This document shows positions 20,513 to 30,040 of a stretch of DNA of 64,000 bases, one piece after another. The translations under genes and the position numbers were made by a program. The notes beneath the pieces were generated by a model that was not told the origin of the DNA, did not search any database, and saw nothing but the letters and a program-made list of their open reading frames with translations. How positions within the stretch are numbered: the first letter of the stretch is position 1; every line of letters starts with the position of its first letter. The stretch covers positions 64,001-128,000 of the IMG/VR virus record IMGVR_UViG_3300049491_000383. One strand, written 5' to 3'. The DNA is from a virus.

Positions 20513-21334
20513 TCAATTAATTGAGCAAACTGCGCTCTTGGCCTTGTTAGCGCTCTTGGTCCGCGAGGGCCAAATTGTATCTGCAAATTTCGCCTGTTTT
20601 GGCATAGGAAACACAAGCTTAGAGTCCTTTTGTACCTGTGCCAAGCTCGTCACAAATTGGTTCAACGAACCTTTTCCAGTTTCGTGCTTAAATTCAAACA
20701 CAATAACTTCGTTGGTTTCAAGATCGACCAAAATCTTGTAGAATCCGTTTGGAACAGTTACCATGCTAGTACCGATTGTCTTATCTTGAGCTCTATTATA
20801 GACTGGGCCAGCATAGATTAGAATCCTGTGATCGCGATTAACTGCCCACGCGCGTGTCTGGGCTTCAAGCTTACTCCAAATTCCGCGATTGAATGCTGGC
20901 AACTGTGGAGTCATGTTTGAAAGGATAAAACTTTCACGAGCTACTTCTGGATCCCAACTCATGTCTGCCGAGTTAGCAATGTGACCCATATCATATCCGG
21001 ATTTACTGTAATCCTTAACTTCTGCACGTTTATCTGCTGGAAGTGATCGATCAGATTTGAATGCACTTAGGCGCTTTTCGCAACCGGTTGCATTTGCTGG
21101 AGTAAGGACATAGGCAACCCACTGTGGGATCTTTGCCTTGTTATCGTGCTCAAGGAAATACGCTTTTCTGCAAATTAGGGTTGTATCCTGTTTTGCACCT
21201 GTTGGTTGACCAAACGGAACCTGTGCAGCACATTGCTTCACATCCAATGGATCTGACTGTGATTGTGCATTGGCTGTTGAAGCGAACGCAACTAGAATGG
21301 TAAGGAGTATATTTTTGATCATAAAAAAGCCCAT
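20513..21334 (-). CDS. secreted DNA/RNA non-specific endonuclease (NucA family)
   Basis: Signal peptide; SGYDMGH, SFILSNMTPQ, FNRGIW..LE. Confidence 0.92.
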   Translation of the reverse strand: MGFFMIKNILLTILVAFASTANAQSQSDPLDVKQCAAQVPFGQPTGAKQDTTLICRKAYFLEHDNKAKIPQWVAYVLTPANATGCEKRLSAFKSDRSLPADKRAEVKDYSKSGYDMGHIANSADMSWDPEVARESFILSNMTPQLPAFNRGIWSKLEAQTRAWAVNRDHRILIYAGPVYNRAQDKTIGTSMVTVPNGFYKILVDLETNEVIVFEFKHETGKGSLNQFVTSLAQVQKDSKLVFPMPKQAKFADTIWPSRTKSANKAKSAVCSIN

Positions 21335-21384
21335 GTGATAATATACGTATTTATCACAGGGGCTGTCTACCTGGAGCGGGCAAG

Positions 21385-21573
21385 TTATTTCTTAGCAGGT
21401 GCTGCTACTTTCTTTGCCTTTTTTGCCTTCTTGACTTTCTTCTTTGCTGGTGTTGCCTTCTTGGCAGCGACAGCAGATGCTGCCTTTGCTGGTGCGGGTG
21501 CTACTGGAGCAGCAGCTGATGCACCAAACGACACTGCTAGTAGAACTGCAAGTGCTAATAGTGATTTCTTCAT
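21385..21573 (-). CDS. small exported Lys/Ala-rich protein
   Basis: MKKSLLALAVLLA...KKVKKAKKAKK; AAGGA SD. Confidence 0.6.
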   Translation of the reverse strand: MKKSLLALAVLLAVSFGASAAAPVAPAPAKAASAVAAKKATPAKKKVKKAKKAKKVAAPAKK

Positions 21574-21590
21574 ATAATTCCTTTTTGTTA

Positions 21591-21666
21591 TGGAGCGGGT
21601 AAGGAGGCTCGAACTCCTGACATCTTGCTTGGCAAGCAAGCTCTCTACCAACTGAGATACACCCGC
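21591..21666 (-). tRNA. tRNA-Gly(GCC)
   Basis: Loop UUGCCAA, CCA. Confidence 0.9.
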
Positions 21667-21682
21667 GGCAATCTATATTTAT

Positions 21683-22081
21683 CTAGTATAACGGAAGTCC
21701 CAATGATTTGCGACCTCTACCCTTATTTGCCGCACCACGATGTGGTGATTGACTGTGACAGTTGGGGCAGATTAGGCGAACATTAGATGGTTTATCATCT
21801 GCAGAATTTCCATCAATATGATCAACCTCAAGTGTGATAGATTTCCCTAACCAATCAGTTACTGTGCAACCTTCATTTTCACAATTATATCCACGGTCTT
21901 TTGTAAGATATTTTCGTATGGTGGGACGATCAATCTTCTTTTCTAATGTCCCCGAATACCAGGCCTCTTTGTGTAGCTTTGATTTGTGCAATCCTCTGCA
22001 TGTATTTGAACAATACTTTCCAGAAAACTGATGTGGAGAATATTCAAAATCTTTTTGACAATTAAGACAAGTAGCTTCCAT
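21683..22081 (-). mobile_element. HNH endonuclease (paralog of 12058-12522)
   Basis: YCSNTC, LEVDHIDGN...NVRLICPNCHSQ. Confidence 0.85.
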
Positions 22082-22174
22082 GGTAGAGTCCTTTTGATTT
22101 ATTTATCACTCTACCGCACTCACTCAGTCGAAAAGGAGAGTCTCCAGACTCTCCTGCTCTACGCTACCGACCTC

Positions 22175-23608
22175 TTAGAAGTCGTAACGCTGGACCATGA
22201 CGGTCTTCAGCATGATGCTGATCGGTGTCATTTCTTCACCACCTAGCACTGACTTAACAATGCTTGGAGAGAAGCCAGACACAAGAGCTGCACCAGCCTT
22301 GTTATAGGTCACCGGGCTGTTACCGGCGCGGCCGTTCAAGTTCCAGAATACAACCTGCGGTACCTTGTACCCTGCAGCCTGATATTCCTTCTCGATGAAC
22401 TCCATCGCCGATACGCTAACCGGGCCGCCGCCTGTCGAGTAACGACCGCTCTTACCAGTACCACCCGAAGTGATGCACTGGTCGAATTCCATGTCCGACA
22501 AGATCAAGACCTTTGTCGGCATTTCCTTCTGCGGAACCTTACCCTTGATTGCGGCAGACAAGATTAACTTGAATACTGCACCCAGGTCGGTGTTCATTCC
22601 CCAATCCGAACGTTCCATCTGGTTGAAACGCTGTTCCAAAGTACCAGACAACTTTACCATCTGTGGCGAACCAGAGAAAGTAACGAACTGATCCTTGAAC
22701 ACACCACCCATACGCTCGGAAGTGTACAGGCCAAGTGATACAGCTACGTCCAGCGCAGTTACGCTACCGGATACGGCCACACCGCTCATCGAGCCCGAAA
22801 CGTCAACAACCGGTAGGATGTTTTCGTCAGAACCTTCCAAGTAGTTAGGCAATGCCTTCCACTGTGCGTTTGCAACAGCCTTGTCACCGTTACGAAGCGA
22901 ACGGATCACATCGTAAGGGTACGCAACCGAAGCGTTGATCTTGGCTTCACCAGATTCCAACTTCTCCTTGTACTTTGCGTAACCGGCCGGGTCGTGCTTC
23001 AAGAATGCCTTCTGGTAACGACCAGCAGCAACTGAAGGAACGTGTGGGTACACGATTCCAGTCCAGTCCTGAGCGCACATCTTCTGTTCAACAGTGTTGG
23101 ACAGACCGACCAAAAGCTTACGGTAAGCCTTAGGAGTCAACTTCATGTACGAACGGATCTTGTTGGCTTGTTCGCCCTGACGCGGCATCCACTTCGCGCA
23201 CAGACCGTCTTGCACGTCGTTCAACGCGAAAGCAATCATGCGCAGAGCATCACGCTCCAGCACAGTACCAAAAGTCATCAAGACGTCGTCCCAACGACCA
23301 AGTTCGGGAACCTTCACCAACAGGCGTTCTGCAAGCTTCGGCTCGGAACGGATTACGTAACCGAACAGCTTACGGAAAGTTTCACGCTCACCCGCACCAC
23401 CACGTGCGTCACGAGCCCATTCAAGGACACGGATCGCAACTTCGGAGTCTTCCACCAAAGCACCTGCGAAAGTGCTTGTGATGTCCTTACCACGGCTTGC
23501 ACCGGCCAAGAAGAAGAGGTCCACGTTCTTGTTCAAAGACGAGGAGTTTGTAACTGCGCCGTTGGAAGTTACTGCGGATGCGTTTACGGCTTCAAATAGT
23601 GTTGTCAT
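22175..23608 (-). CDS. DUF2828-family helical + vWA protein (Ro60/TROVE-like architecture)
   Basis: RDARGGAGER, GRWDD, AKWMPR, MIDAS VVDVSGSM, ILSDMEFD, VFWNL, LVSGFSP. Confidence 0.85.
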   Translation of the reverse strand: MTTLFEAVNASAVTSNGAVTNSSSLNKNVDLFFLAGASRGKDITSTFAGALVEDSEVAIRVLEWARDARGGAGERETFRKLFGYVIRSEPKLAERLLVKVPELGRWDDVLMTFGTVLERDALRMIAFALNDVQDGLCAKWMPRQGEQANKIRSYMKLTPKAYRKLLVGLSNTVEQKMCAQDWTGIVYPHVPSVAAGRYQKAFLKHDPAGYAKYKEKLESGEAKINASVAYPYDVIRSLRNGDKAVANAQWKALPNYLEGSDENILPVVDVSGSMSGVAVSGSVTALDVAVSLGLYTSERMGGVFKDQFVTFSGSPQMVKLSGTLEQRFNQMERSDWGMNTDLGAVFKLILSAAIKGKVPQKEMPTKVLILSDMEFDQCITSGGTGKSGRYSTGGGPVSVSAMEFIEKEYQAAGYKVPQVVFWNLNGRAGNSPVTYNKAGAALVSGFSPSIVKSVLGGEEMTPISIMLKTVMVQRYDF

Positions 23609-23623
23609 TTTGTTTTTCCTTTA

Positions 23624-23746
23624 TCAGAATCAGTTTTACTTTGCCTGCTGCTCTACCAACTGAGCTACCTCACTATTTCTAGTGAAGGCGGGACTCGAAC
23701 CCACGACCGTCTGGTTATATTAAGTTTTGTTGCGGAATTGATTCTT
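23624..23746 (-). ncRNA. Y-RNA (YrlA)-like RNA with circularly permuted tRNA module; element copy A
   Basis: Closing stem AGAAUCA/UGAUUCU; T arm (GUGGGUUCGAGUCCCGC) precedes a loop-closed acceptor-like stem and a D arm (GCUCAGUUGGUAGAGC); abuts the Ro60-like gene. Confidence 0.8.
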
Positions 23747-23801
23747 TATTATAGAGAGGTATTCGATACAACTCAGTGTTCGGATACATCCATAAATAAA
23801 A

Positions 23802-23903
23802 TCAGATTAGCTTTTGGCGAGTTTTTGCTTTCCCCTCCGGAAAGGTTCTTTGACCCGAAGGCCAAATAGTTCATGGTTTTATTTTGTTGCTGTAACTAAT
23901 CTT
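23802..23903 (-). ncRNA. stem + NUWCMGCAA element, copy B
   Basis: AGAUUAG-UUACAGCAA...CUAAUCU-G; internal UUCG hairpin. Confidence 0.7.
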
Positions 23904-23924
23904 TAGTGTTTGCAAGTGTCTACT

Positions 23925-24305
23925 TTATACTTCTTCCACAATCTCGTCAATGAATTCAGTTACGTATCCGGGGTTTGGGCAACTTACAGCCGGGTCAACA
24001 AGAATTGTTGCTCCAATTGTAATCTCTTCATCGTCGGAATCAACCAACTCATAAGAGATATAGTAACCACCGGTGCCTGTAAACGAATGCCATTCATCGG
24101 GGAGTTCAACCTTGAGTTGCTTCTCTTTGATGATTACCTTAGCATTATTCATTGCACCCCTTCGAATCATCTCCTGAATGCTTTTCATTACATCAAAAAC
24201 ATTCTGGGGTTCCGAAGGCCATTTAGTAACGCTCGTATTCTTCTCCCAAATAAAGGCTGCGGCCTCGTGTAAGGCTGCGAGAGGATACGATACATTAACA
24301 ATCAT
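23925..24305 (-). CDS. hypothetical protein
   Basis: 126-aa ORF between element copies B and C. Confidence 0.6.
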   Translation of the reverse strand: MIVNVSYPLAALHEAAAFIWEKNTSVTKWPSEPQNVFDVMKSIQEMIRRGAMNNAKVIIKEKQLKVELPDEWHSFTGTGGYYISYELVDSDDEEITIGATILVDPAVSCPNPGYVTEFIDEIVEEV

Positions 24306-24329
24306 TGTGCTTCTTTCTAAAGTAGAAAA

Positions 24330-24591
24330 CAGAGTGATGTCAGGGACAAACTTTTCATCCGGAGATTACTAACTTTGCTAAGAGAGCCTAACCCCTCGTT
24401 CGAACCTTTTACATCGTCCTAGGATGTTTGCTGTACGTAACATCTGGTTTCAACGCCATGCTTCTTGAGGCTATAGCTCCACCAGAATTACTAATGCACA
24501 CCTTCAACGGGTTGCCCCTCCACTATGCATCTTTTAACCAGCGCCATGATACGGATTTTACGCCGTGAATTGGTTTGCTGTATTCACTCTT
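24330..24591 (-). ncRNA. stem + NUWCMGCAA element, copy C (long, ~260 nt)
   Basis: AGAGUGA-AUACAGCAA...UCACUCU-G; just downstream of a TTGACG/TATAAT promoter. Confidence 0.65.
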
Positions 24592-24606
24592 TGTATATAA
24601 CAAGTC

Positions 24607-24638
24607 TTATTATATAGTGTGTTTACTTATCCCGTCAA
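24607..24638 (-). promoter_or_regulatory. sigma70-type promoter upstream of the RNA/Ro60-like locus
   Basis: TTGACG...TATAAT on the minus strand. Confidence 0.6.
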
Positions 24639-24676
24639 CCTAAAACCGTTGCGATAATAGGTCAAAAATGACGGTT

Positions 24677-25423
24677 TTATTTTTGCGATTGGACGTGTTG
24701 TAACTCTTTGTCAATGAAATCTGCACCACGCTTCAAAAGCCGCTTATAATCCGGAGAATTATTTTTATCTCGGAACATGCCTGCTACGTCATGTACTTCT
24801 AATTCATACTTGAGCATTTTGTGTGCCTTGTTTCGTGCCTCAATCTGTGGCAGGGCTGCAAGACGTTTGATCTTTGGTACAAGAGAATTTAGGACTTGGA
24901 CAAATCTAGCATTTATTTCTGCAGGCTGCGCCAGATACTTCATATCTGGAGCATAAGGATCGTTCTTCGACTTTCTATATTCTTTATCTTTAGGAGTTGA
25001 ATATCGCTTACTTGCTGCTACTCTGTATTCAGATTTAACATCGTCCAACATGTGTCTAAGTTCATGAGCTATCGTAGACTTCATGAAATCCGATGATAGA
25101 TAATCAGAGTTAAATATCATTGATTTAGTATTTGCATCCCAGAGGCCGCCAGGTGCATCTTTAGTGCCCGGATTTTCTTTTCTGACACGATCCAATAATG
25201 CAGAGTCGGACATGATGACAATCTTTATGTCATCTATTCCCTCAAATGGTGTGTCGAGGATTTGCCCAATCTTCCCTACATACAATGTTTCAGTATTTTC
25301 GTCGTCCCAATCTAAATCCTGATCTGCATATTTTTGCAGGAAAGAATAAAGCGGGTCAGCTAGGGAGATTAGTGCCCTATCTTCTTCTGTAGTTTCAACT
25401 AGGAATAATTCTTGCAGTCTCAT
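24677..25423 (-). CDS. HExxH metallopeptidase-like late protein
   Basis: IAHELRHMLD, Y..QPAEINARF; MRLQELFLVE N-terminus. Confidence 0.6.
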   Translation of the reverse strand: MRLQELFLVETTEEDRALISLADPLYSFLQKYADQDLDWDDENTETLYVGKIGQILDTPFEGIDDIKIVIMSDSALLDRVRKENPGTKDAPGGLWDANTKSMIFNSDYLSSDFMKSTIAHELRHMLDDVKSEYRVAASKRYSTPKDKEYRKSKNDPYAPDMKYLAQPAEINARFVQVLNSLVPKIKRLAALPQIEARNKAHKMLKYELEVHDVAGMFRDKNNSPDYKRLLKRGADFIDKELQHVQSQK

Positions 25424-25454
25424 AGCGTATCCTTGATACGCTATTTATCACAAA

Positions 25455-25841
25455 TCAGGTAACAGCAACACCACGAAGAATGTCAAACTCGTTTGGACGA
25501 AGTTTGAGTTCAATCATGATATCGCGGCGCTCTTCGTCTGTCTTTTTGATCCAGGCAGTCATAGACTTTTCATCACCACGCATATAGGATGGCATATTGC
25601 CATCAATCCATTTAGCAAGGTCCTTGAAACTCCTACCGCTCCATGAACTATCAGCTCGTAGTATGGCTGTCTGAAAGTTATTCTTCAGCACTGCTTCCAG
25701 AAAGCTCCCTGGTGGCAATCCATAAGCCATGTAGTTCCACAATCCTTCCCGAATAGCATCTGGAACAGAATCAAAATAGGCAAATGTTGCCGTAAATTGC
25801 GGATGGATTGATCTGTAGTCCATAAGTGGCCTATATTCCAT
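25455..25841 (-). CDS. hypothetical protein
   Basis: 128-aa ORF containing PPGSFLEAVL.N. Confidence 0.6.
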   Translation of the reverse strand: MEYRPLMDYRSIHPQFTATFAYFDSVPDAIREGLWNYMAYGLPPGSFLEAVLKNNFQTAILRADSSWSGRSFKDLAKWIDGNMPSYMRGDEKSMTAWIKKTDEERRDIMIELKLRPNEFDILRGVAVT

Positions 25842-26018
25842 TAATGGATCTTGAATCCAGTAAGGTTAAGCAACCAGCCAAGAACGTAGAGCAGGGCCAA
25901 CAATGGCCACGCAATTCCGAGCAGTAACGAGTCCTGTTTGGAGACAGAACTCTCGCGTGTGCGGTAAGCAACGATTCCACCAATCAGAAAATAAATCAAC
26001 AGTGCAGTTAAAATCATA

Positions 26019-27104
26019 TCAATCCTCTTCCTTTAATAGGAATTTGTTGCTGATGGTTTTGAAACTAAAACCACCATCCATTCTCTTGTAAACAAGACCT
26101 TCACGAATCGCATGCTTGATGCTAGGACCTTCTGCAAATGCAAGCAACTTATCCACATCAAACAACCCGAATTCATACAATGGAACATCCATATGCAGAA
26201 CAGGGACATGATGTACCATCTCGCGATTTACACCTCGTGCCCAAAGCTCATCCAAAATCAGATGACGTTCTCTCGGAGGTACATAACCACCTGTGGTAAT
26301 ATTGAAGATGTCAAACACAAACAATTTATGCGAAGCAAATGCCTCACGATTCTTCTGTATACCCGGGCCCATGAGCTCAGCTTGTACAGCAAAATCTCTG
26401 TCAAAAGAGCGCATAATATCGTGTAGCCCGCTGTCTACAAACATGCGTACCAAACTATTGTGCTCGTTTTTAGGATCATCCAACTTCAGTTCCCAATTAC
26501 GACCGCAAACACCCGGAACACCATCCTTTACAAATGCAGTAAAGGAAGTACCATCGAACTTCATGCTGATTTCGTAACGTGCATCCGCGTTATCAACAAA
26601 GATATCGCGCTTCATGTTTTGGCAACGTTCCTGATCAGTCTTTCGAATGAATGCAGGGAAGTTACCCTTCACTTGACCAGCAAGTTCTGTAGGAATGGCA
26701 GCTTCATACTTCTGGATATCCAACAAGTCAGATACGTCGGTGCCGACCATAAAGAACTCTGAAAGTTCCTGTCCTTCATCTTCGTCGGAATCAATAAAGT
26801 CGTTGAAGAACAAATTCACAGGTAATGCAAGGCCCTGGCTGAGCTGACCACGCAACTTAATAGTCTTGATACGGAAACCCTCACGCTCTCCCATTCTCTT
26901 GGAGGAGTTTCTGCGCAAGATTTCGAATTCGGGACGGACAGGCAAATGGCTGTCGATTTCAAAGTAGACACACAAATCGCCCACATTGAATTCAGACTTC
27001 TTTACCACGCATTGCCAGCCATCAATTTTTGCCAGCTGAACTAAGTCCGCACCTTCGATAGGTAGCAGATCATCAATCCTACGTATTGTTGCAAGCTTTC
27101 TCAT
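26019..27104 (-). CDS. RNA ligase (Rnl2/DRB0094 family)
   Basis: MRKLATIRRI...IEGAD, KTDQER, KFDGTS, AELMGPGIQKN, EGLVYK, SFKTISN. Confidence 0.92.
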   Translation of the reverse strand: MRKLATIRRIDDLLPIEGADLVQLAKIDGWQCVVKKSEFNVGDLCVYFEIDSHLPVRPEFEILRRNSSKRMGEREGFRIKTIKLRGQLSQGLALPVNLFFNDFIDSDEDEGQELSEFFMVGTDVSDLLDIQKYEAAIPTELAGQVKGNFPAFIRKTDQERCQNMKRDIFVDNADARYEISMKFDGTSFTAFVKDGVPGVCGRNWELKLDDPKNEHNSLVRMFVDSGLHDIMRSFDRDFAVQAELMGPGIQKNREAFASHKLFVFDIFNITTGGYVPPRERHLILDELWARGVNREMVHHVPVLHMDVPLYEFGLFDVDKLLAFAEGPSIKHAIREGLVYKRMDGGFSFKTISNKFLLKEED

Positions 27105-27375
27105 AAGACACCTATTTTACATTAGTACAAATGGAAATGCTACCTTCCCAGGTAGCATTTCCGGCGAGTTAATTACTCGTCTTCATCGTCTCGGTAGTTG
27201 CGATAAGGACTTGCGTATCGAGCGTCTACCAATACTCCGGGCTGTCTTGGGTCTCTTACCCAAATCGCATTTTCACAGCTTGCGGACCATTTACATTTGT
27301 TGCAACCACTCCAGAAGTTGTCTTCCCACATGGTTGCTTCATCTGTATTCCCACACTTGGGGCAACGAACGCCCA

Positions 27376-28299
27376 TTACTTCTTCTTGGTAGCGACAGCC
27401 GGGGTCGGCAGGTCGTAGTAGGCCCACTTACCCTTGTTGGCTGCATCCACTTGTGCCCAGGCCGGGTGAGCGCCATCAGCATCTTGGAAGACACCGATGT
27501 TGTCATACACACACTTGCGGAAGCTGGCCAACATGCCAAGCTTGTCCGGAGTGTTGTAGGTACGTGTCACCAGCAGAGCTTCAGTGGCAATCGTGCCAAC
27601 TGCGGTCGGGCTCAGCTTCGGATACGACAGCTTGTCAGCCACATACACAGTCTTCAGCAGTTCCACAGTCTTCGGCTGGAAACCCACGAGCTTGAACTCG
27701 GCACCCAGCGCCTTGACGTTGCCCAGGGGTTGACCACCAACCATCATCACGCCTTGCACTTGACCAGCTTTCAACAGGGCGAGAGCTTCATCATTGTCCT
27801 TGGCAGGAACAACAGTGTAGTTCACCTGACCTTGCAGCTTCACCAGCTGGGCGGTAATCATGGAACCACCTGCGGCAGCAACCTTCATGTTGGCAAGGTC
27901 TTCCACAGTATTGAACACAACTTCCTTGCCGCCGAAGCCAGCAACGCCACCACTCTTCAGACCCGAAGCCGACAACACAACAACGTGAGCCGCTTCACGG
28001 TTGAAAGCAACCAGCGTCTTGATGTTGCCCAGGTCGCGGCCTTGTGCCGAAGCGAACAGTGCATCGGTCTGCATGAATGCAGCGCCAACTTCCTTGCCGC
28101 TCAGCTTGTCGAGGTTTTCCAGCGAACCGCTCGAAGGAACTTCGATCATCGCCATTTGGTCACCGCACTTTTCAGCAATGTTGGCGAACAGCGCGTGGTA
28201 AGTACCCTTCGGACCACCAGTTGCCACCTTCACTTGTTGAGCTTGTGCGGCCATTGCACATACAGCCAGCACGGCTGCAAAAATCATCTTTTGTTTCAT
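27376..28299 (-). CDS. TAXI-family TRAP solute-binding protein
   Basis: Signal peptide, VATGGPKGTY, SSGSLENL, AFMQTD, E.AHVV. Confidence 0.8.
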   Translation of the reverse strand: MKQKMIFAAVLAVCAMAAQAQQVKVATGGPKGTYHALFANIAEKCGDQMAMIEVPSSGSLENLDKLSGKEVGAAFMQTDALFASAQGRDLGNIKTLVAFNREAAHVVVLSASGLKSGGVAGFGGKEVVFNTVEDLANMKVAAAGGSMITAQLVKLQGQVNYTVVPAKDNDEALALLKAGQVQGVMMVGGQPLGNVKALGAEFKLVGFQPKTVELLKTVYVADKLSYPKLSPTAVGTIATEALLVTRTYNTPDKLGMLASFRKCVYDNIGVFQDADGAHPAWAQVDAANKGKWAYYDLPTPAVATKKK

Positions 28300-28477
28300 G
28301 TTACTCTTTCTGTGTTGAATGTGTTTAGTTAATCTTCAGGCCTTGCAACGCACCAGCATTGGGATCAACCTGTTGCGTATTGCTCGTTGGATGCGGTGCG
28401 CTGTCATCGTATGTCAAAACATACACCGCAACAAGAATTGCCAGAACAAACAATGTTCCAAAAATTCGTGCTTTCAT

Positions 28478-29293
28478 TTAGCGACTCACTTTCTGTGTTT
28501 CGCGAACTTGCGTTACAGGGATCTCCAGTACCACAGATTCACTATGACCTAATTGTGCTGCAGGTTGGGCAGGCTTGTCGACCGCATCTACATCCAGGGC
28601 CGCTGCAACTTCAAGTTGAGCGAATGCCATGTTCATGGATTCAAAGACCGCATCACATGCTGTATCAGCCTTCAACTTCTCGAATGCATCACCAGTGTCC
28701 ATACCAGCGGCACGGTTGGCTTCAATCGCGTCCTTGGACATTTCGTAATATGCCTTCATTTCTTCCAGCTTGTTGTCGCCGTCTTCCAGTGAAGTCTGTG
28801 CTTCGGAAAGCGCCTTCTTCTTGCGTTCAACCAAATCAGTCATACGTGCAAGTTGGGTCTCGAATTCATGGGCGCGGGCAGGATACTTCAATTTGAACTT
28901 TTCAACCTTGTCCTTGAAATTGGAGCGTGCAGTGATAGCTTGAGTTACCGAAGCCTTGAAGACATTGTATGCCTGCTTCTTTGCGATAAGCAATGCTGTC
29001 AATGTTTCAATTGGGTTCTGTTCCGCTGCGGCAGTAACCTTTTGAATGTGCTCAACCTTCTCAGCATCGATAAGGCGATACTTCCAGTTTGCAACCTTGA
29101 GTGCAAACCACGGAGAAAGCTGGACGAGGACAAATGCAATTGCGGCGGCAACGCCAAGACCTACCAAGCCGCCAATTGCCATGAAGATGAACGGCGCCAC
29201 GATTAGGCCGATAACACCCATGCCAGCAAGGGTGGCGATAAGCTTCAGACGGTTGTGTTTCTGTTCAATCAATGCGGGAGTTTGTGTTTCCAC
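28478..29293 (-). CDS. membrane-anchored coiled-coil protein (PspA-like fold possible)
   Basis: Two N-terminal TM segments followed by a long helical region. Confidence 0.55.
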   Translation of the reverse strand: METQTPALIEQKHNRLKLIATLAGMGVIGLIVAPFIFMAIGGLVGLGVAAAIAFVLVQLSPWFALKVANWKYRLIDAEKVEHIQKVTAAAEQNPIETLTALLIAKKQAYNVFKASVTQAITARSNFKDKVEKFKLKYPARAHEFETQLARMTDLVERKKKALSEAQTSLEDGDNKLEEMKAYYEMSKDAIEANRAAGMDTGDAFEKLKADTACDAVFESMNMAFAQLEVAAALDVDAVDKPAQPAAQLGHSESVVLEIPVTQVRETQKVSR

Positions 29294-29358
29294 TGTATGT
29301 CCTTTCTGTGTTAGACCATCATACTATATAAGTATGTCAATCTTGTGTCAATCAAACC

Positions 29359-29442
29359 TGGTACCCCAACCCGGACTCGAACCGGGACGCCTCTCAGCAG
29401 CAGATTTTGAGTCTGCCGTGTCTACCATTCCACCATCAGGGC
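29359..29442 (-). tRNA. tRNA-Leu(CAA)
   Basis: Loop CUCAAAA, variable arm, CCA. Confidence 0.92.
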
Positions 29443-29810
29443 ATTTTGAATAACGTCTTGTGTGCGTATTTATTCGTTTCTCTAACTTCGTTGTGCAATA
29501 AATGTTCCCACTCAATGCCCAATTCTTTCAACTTAGCAATTGCTTCATCTCGTGTGACTCTGATACGGAATCTCTTATCGGTTTCACTGTGTTCGTAAGG
29601 AGCAACATATCCTTCAGTATGACTACGTTCATACATAAGACCTTCTTTTGCAAGCAATGAAAGGCAACGATGAATATGTCCTCGATTTTCGCCTGGAAAA
29701 TGAAAGCAAAACTGTGATAGTCCAAAGCCAGAGCCATAGGCTGGATTATTTTGAAGTGCCCTGATTAGCAGCACCTCTTCACGAACTTTATCGAGGAGTT
29801 TTGGATCCAC
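29436..29810 (-). CDS. hypothetical protein
   Basis: 124-aa ORF. Confidence 0.5.
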   Translation of the reverse strand: MDPKLLDKVREEVLLIRALQNNPAYGSGFGLSQFCFHFPGENRGHIHRCLSLLAKEGLMYERSHTEGYVAPYEHSETDKRFRIRVTRDEAIAKLKELGIEWEHLLHNEVRETNKYAHKTLFKMP

Positions 29811-30040
29811 GTTGCTTCTCTTGTTGATAATTTACATAGCTAGTGCGAAATGCGTCAGAGAGAAATGCATACAAAATTGTGCCCCAGAAAGAAAGGGCTG
29901 CAATTGTAAGCACGACTCCAATAATGACATGGACTGCGTAAGAAGCTCCAACAACTAATACAGTTACCAGCATACACGGAAGTATCAATGCAGGATCCCT
30001 ACCAAATGCACGCTTAATAAGCCAACGAATGTGATCCATA

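Noticed and set aside
23624-24591. Repeated motif as a possible CRISPR array
   Set aside because: Copies are not identical direct repeats, spacing is irregular, stems covary, and no cas genes are present
27211-28332. 373-aa plus-strand ORF
   Set aside because: Antisense shadow of the TAXI gene
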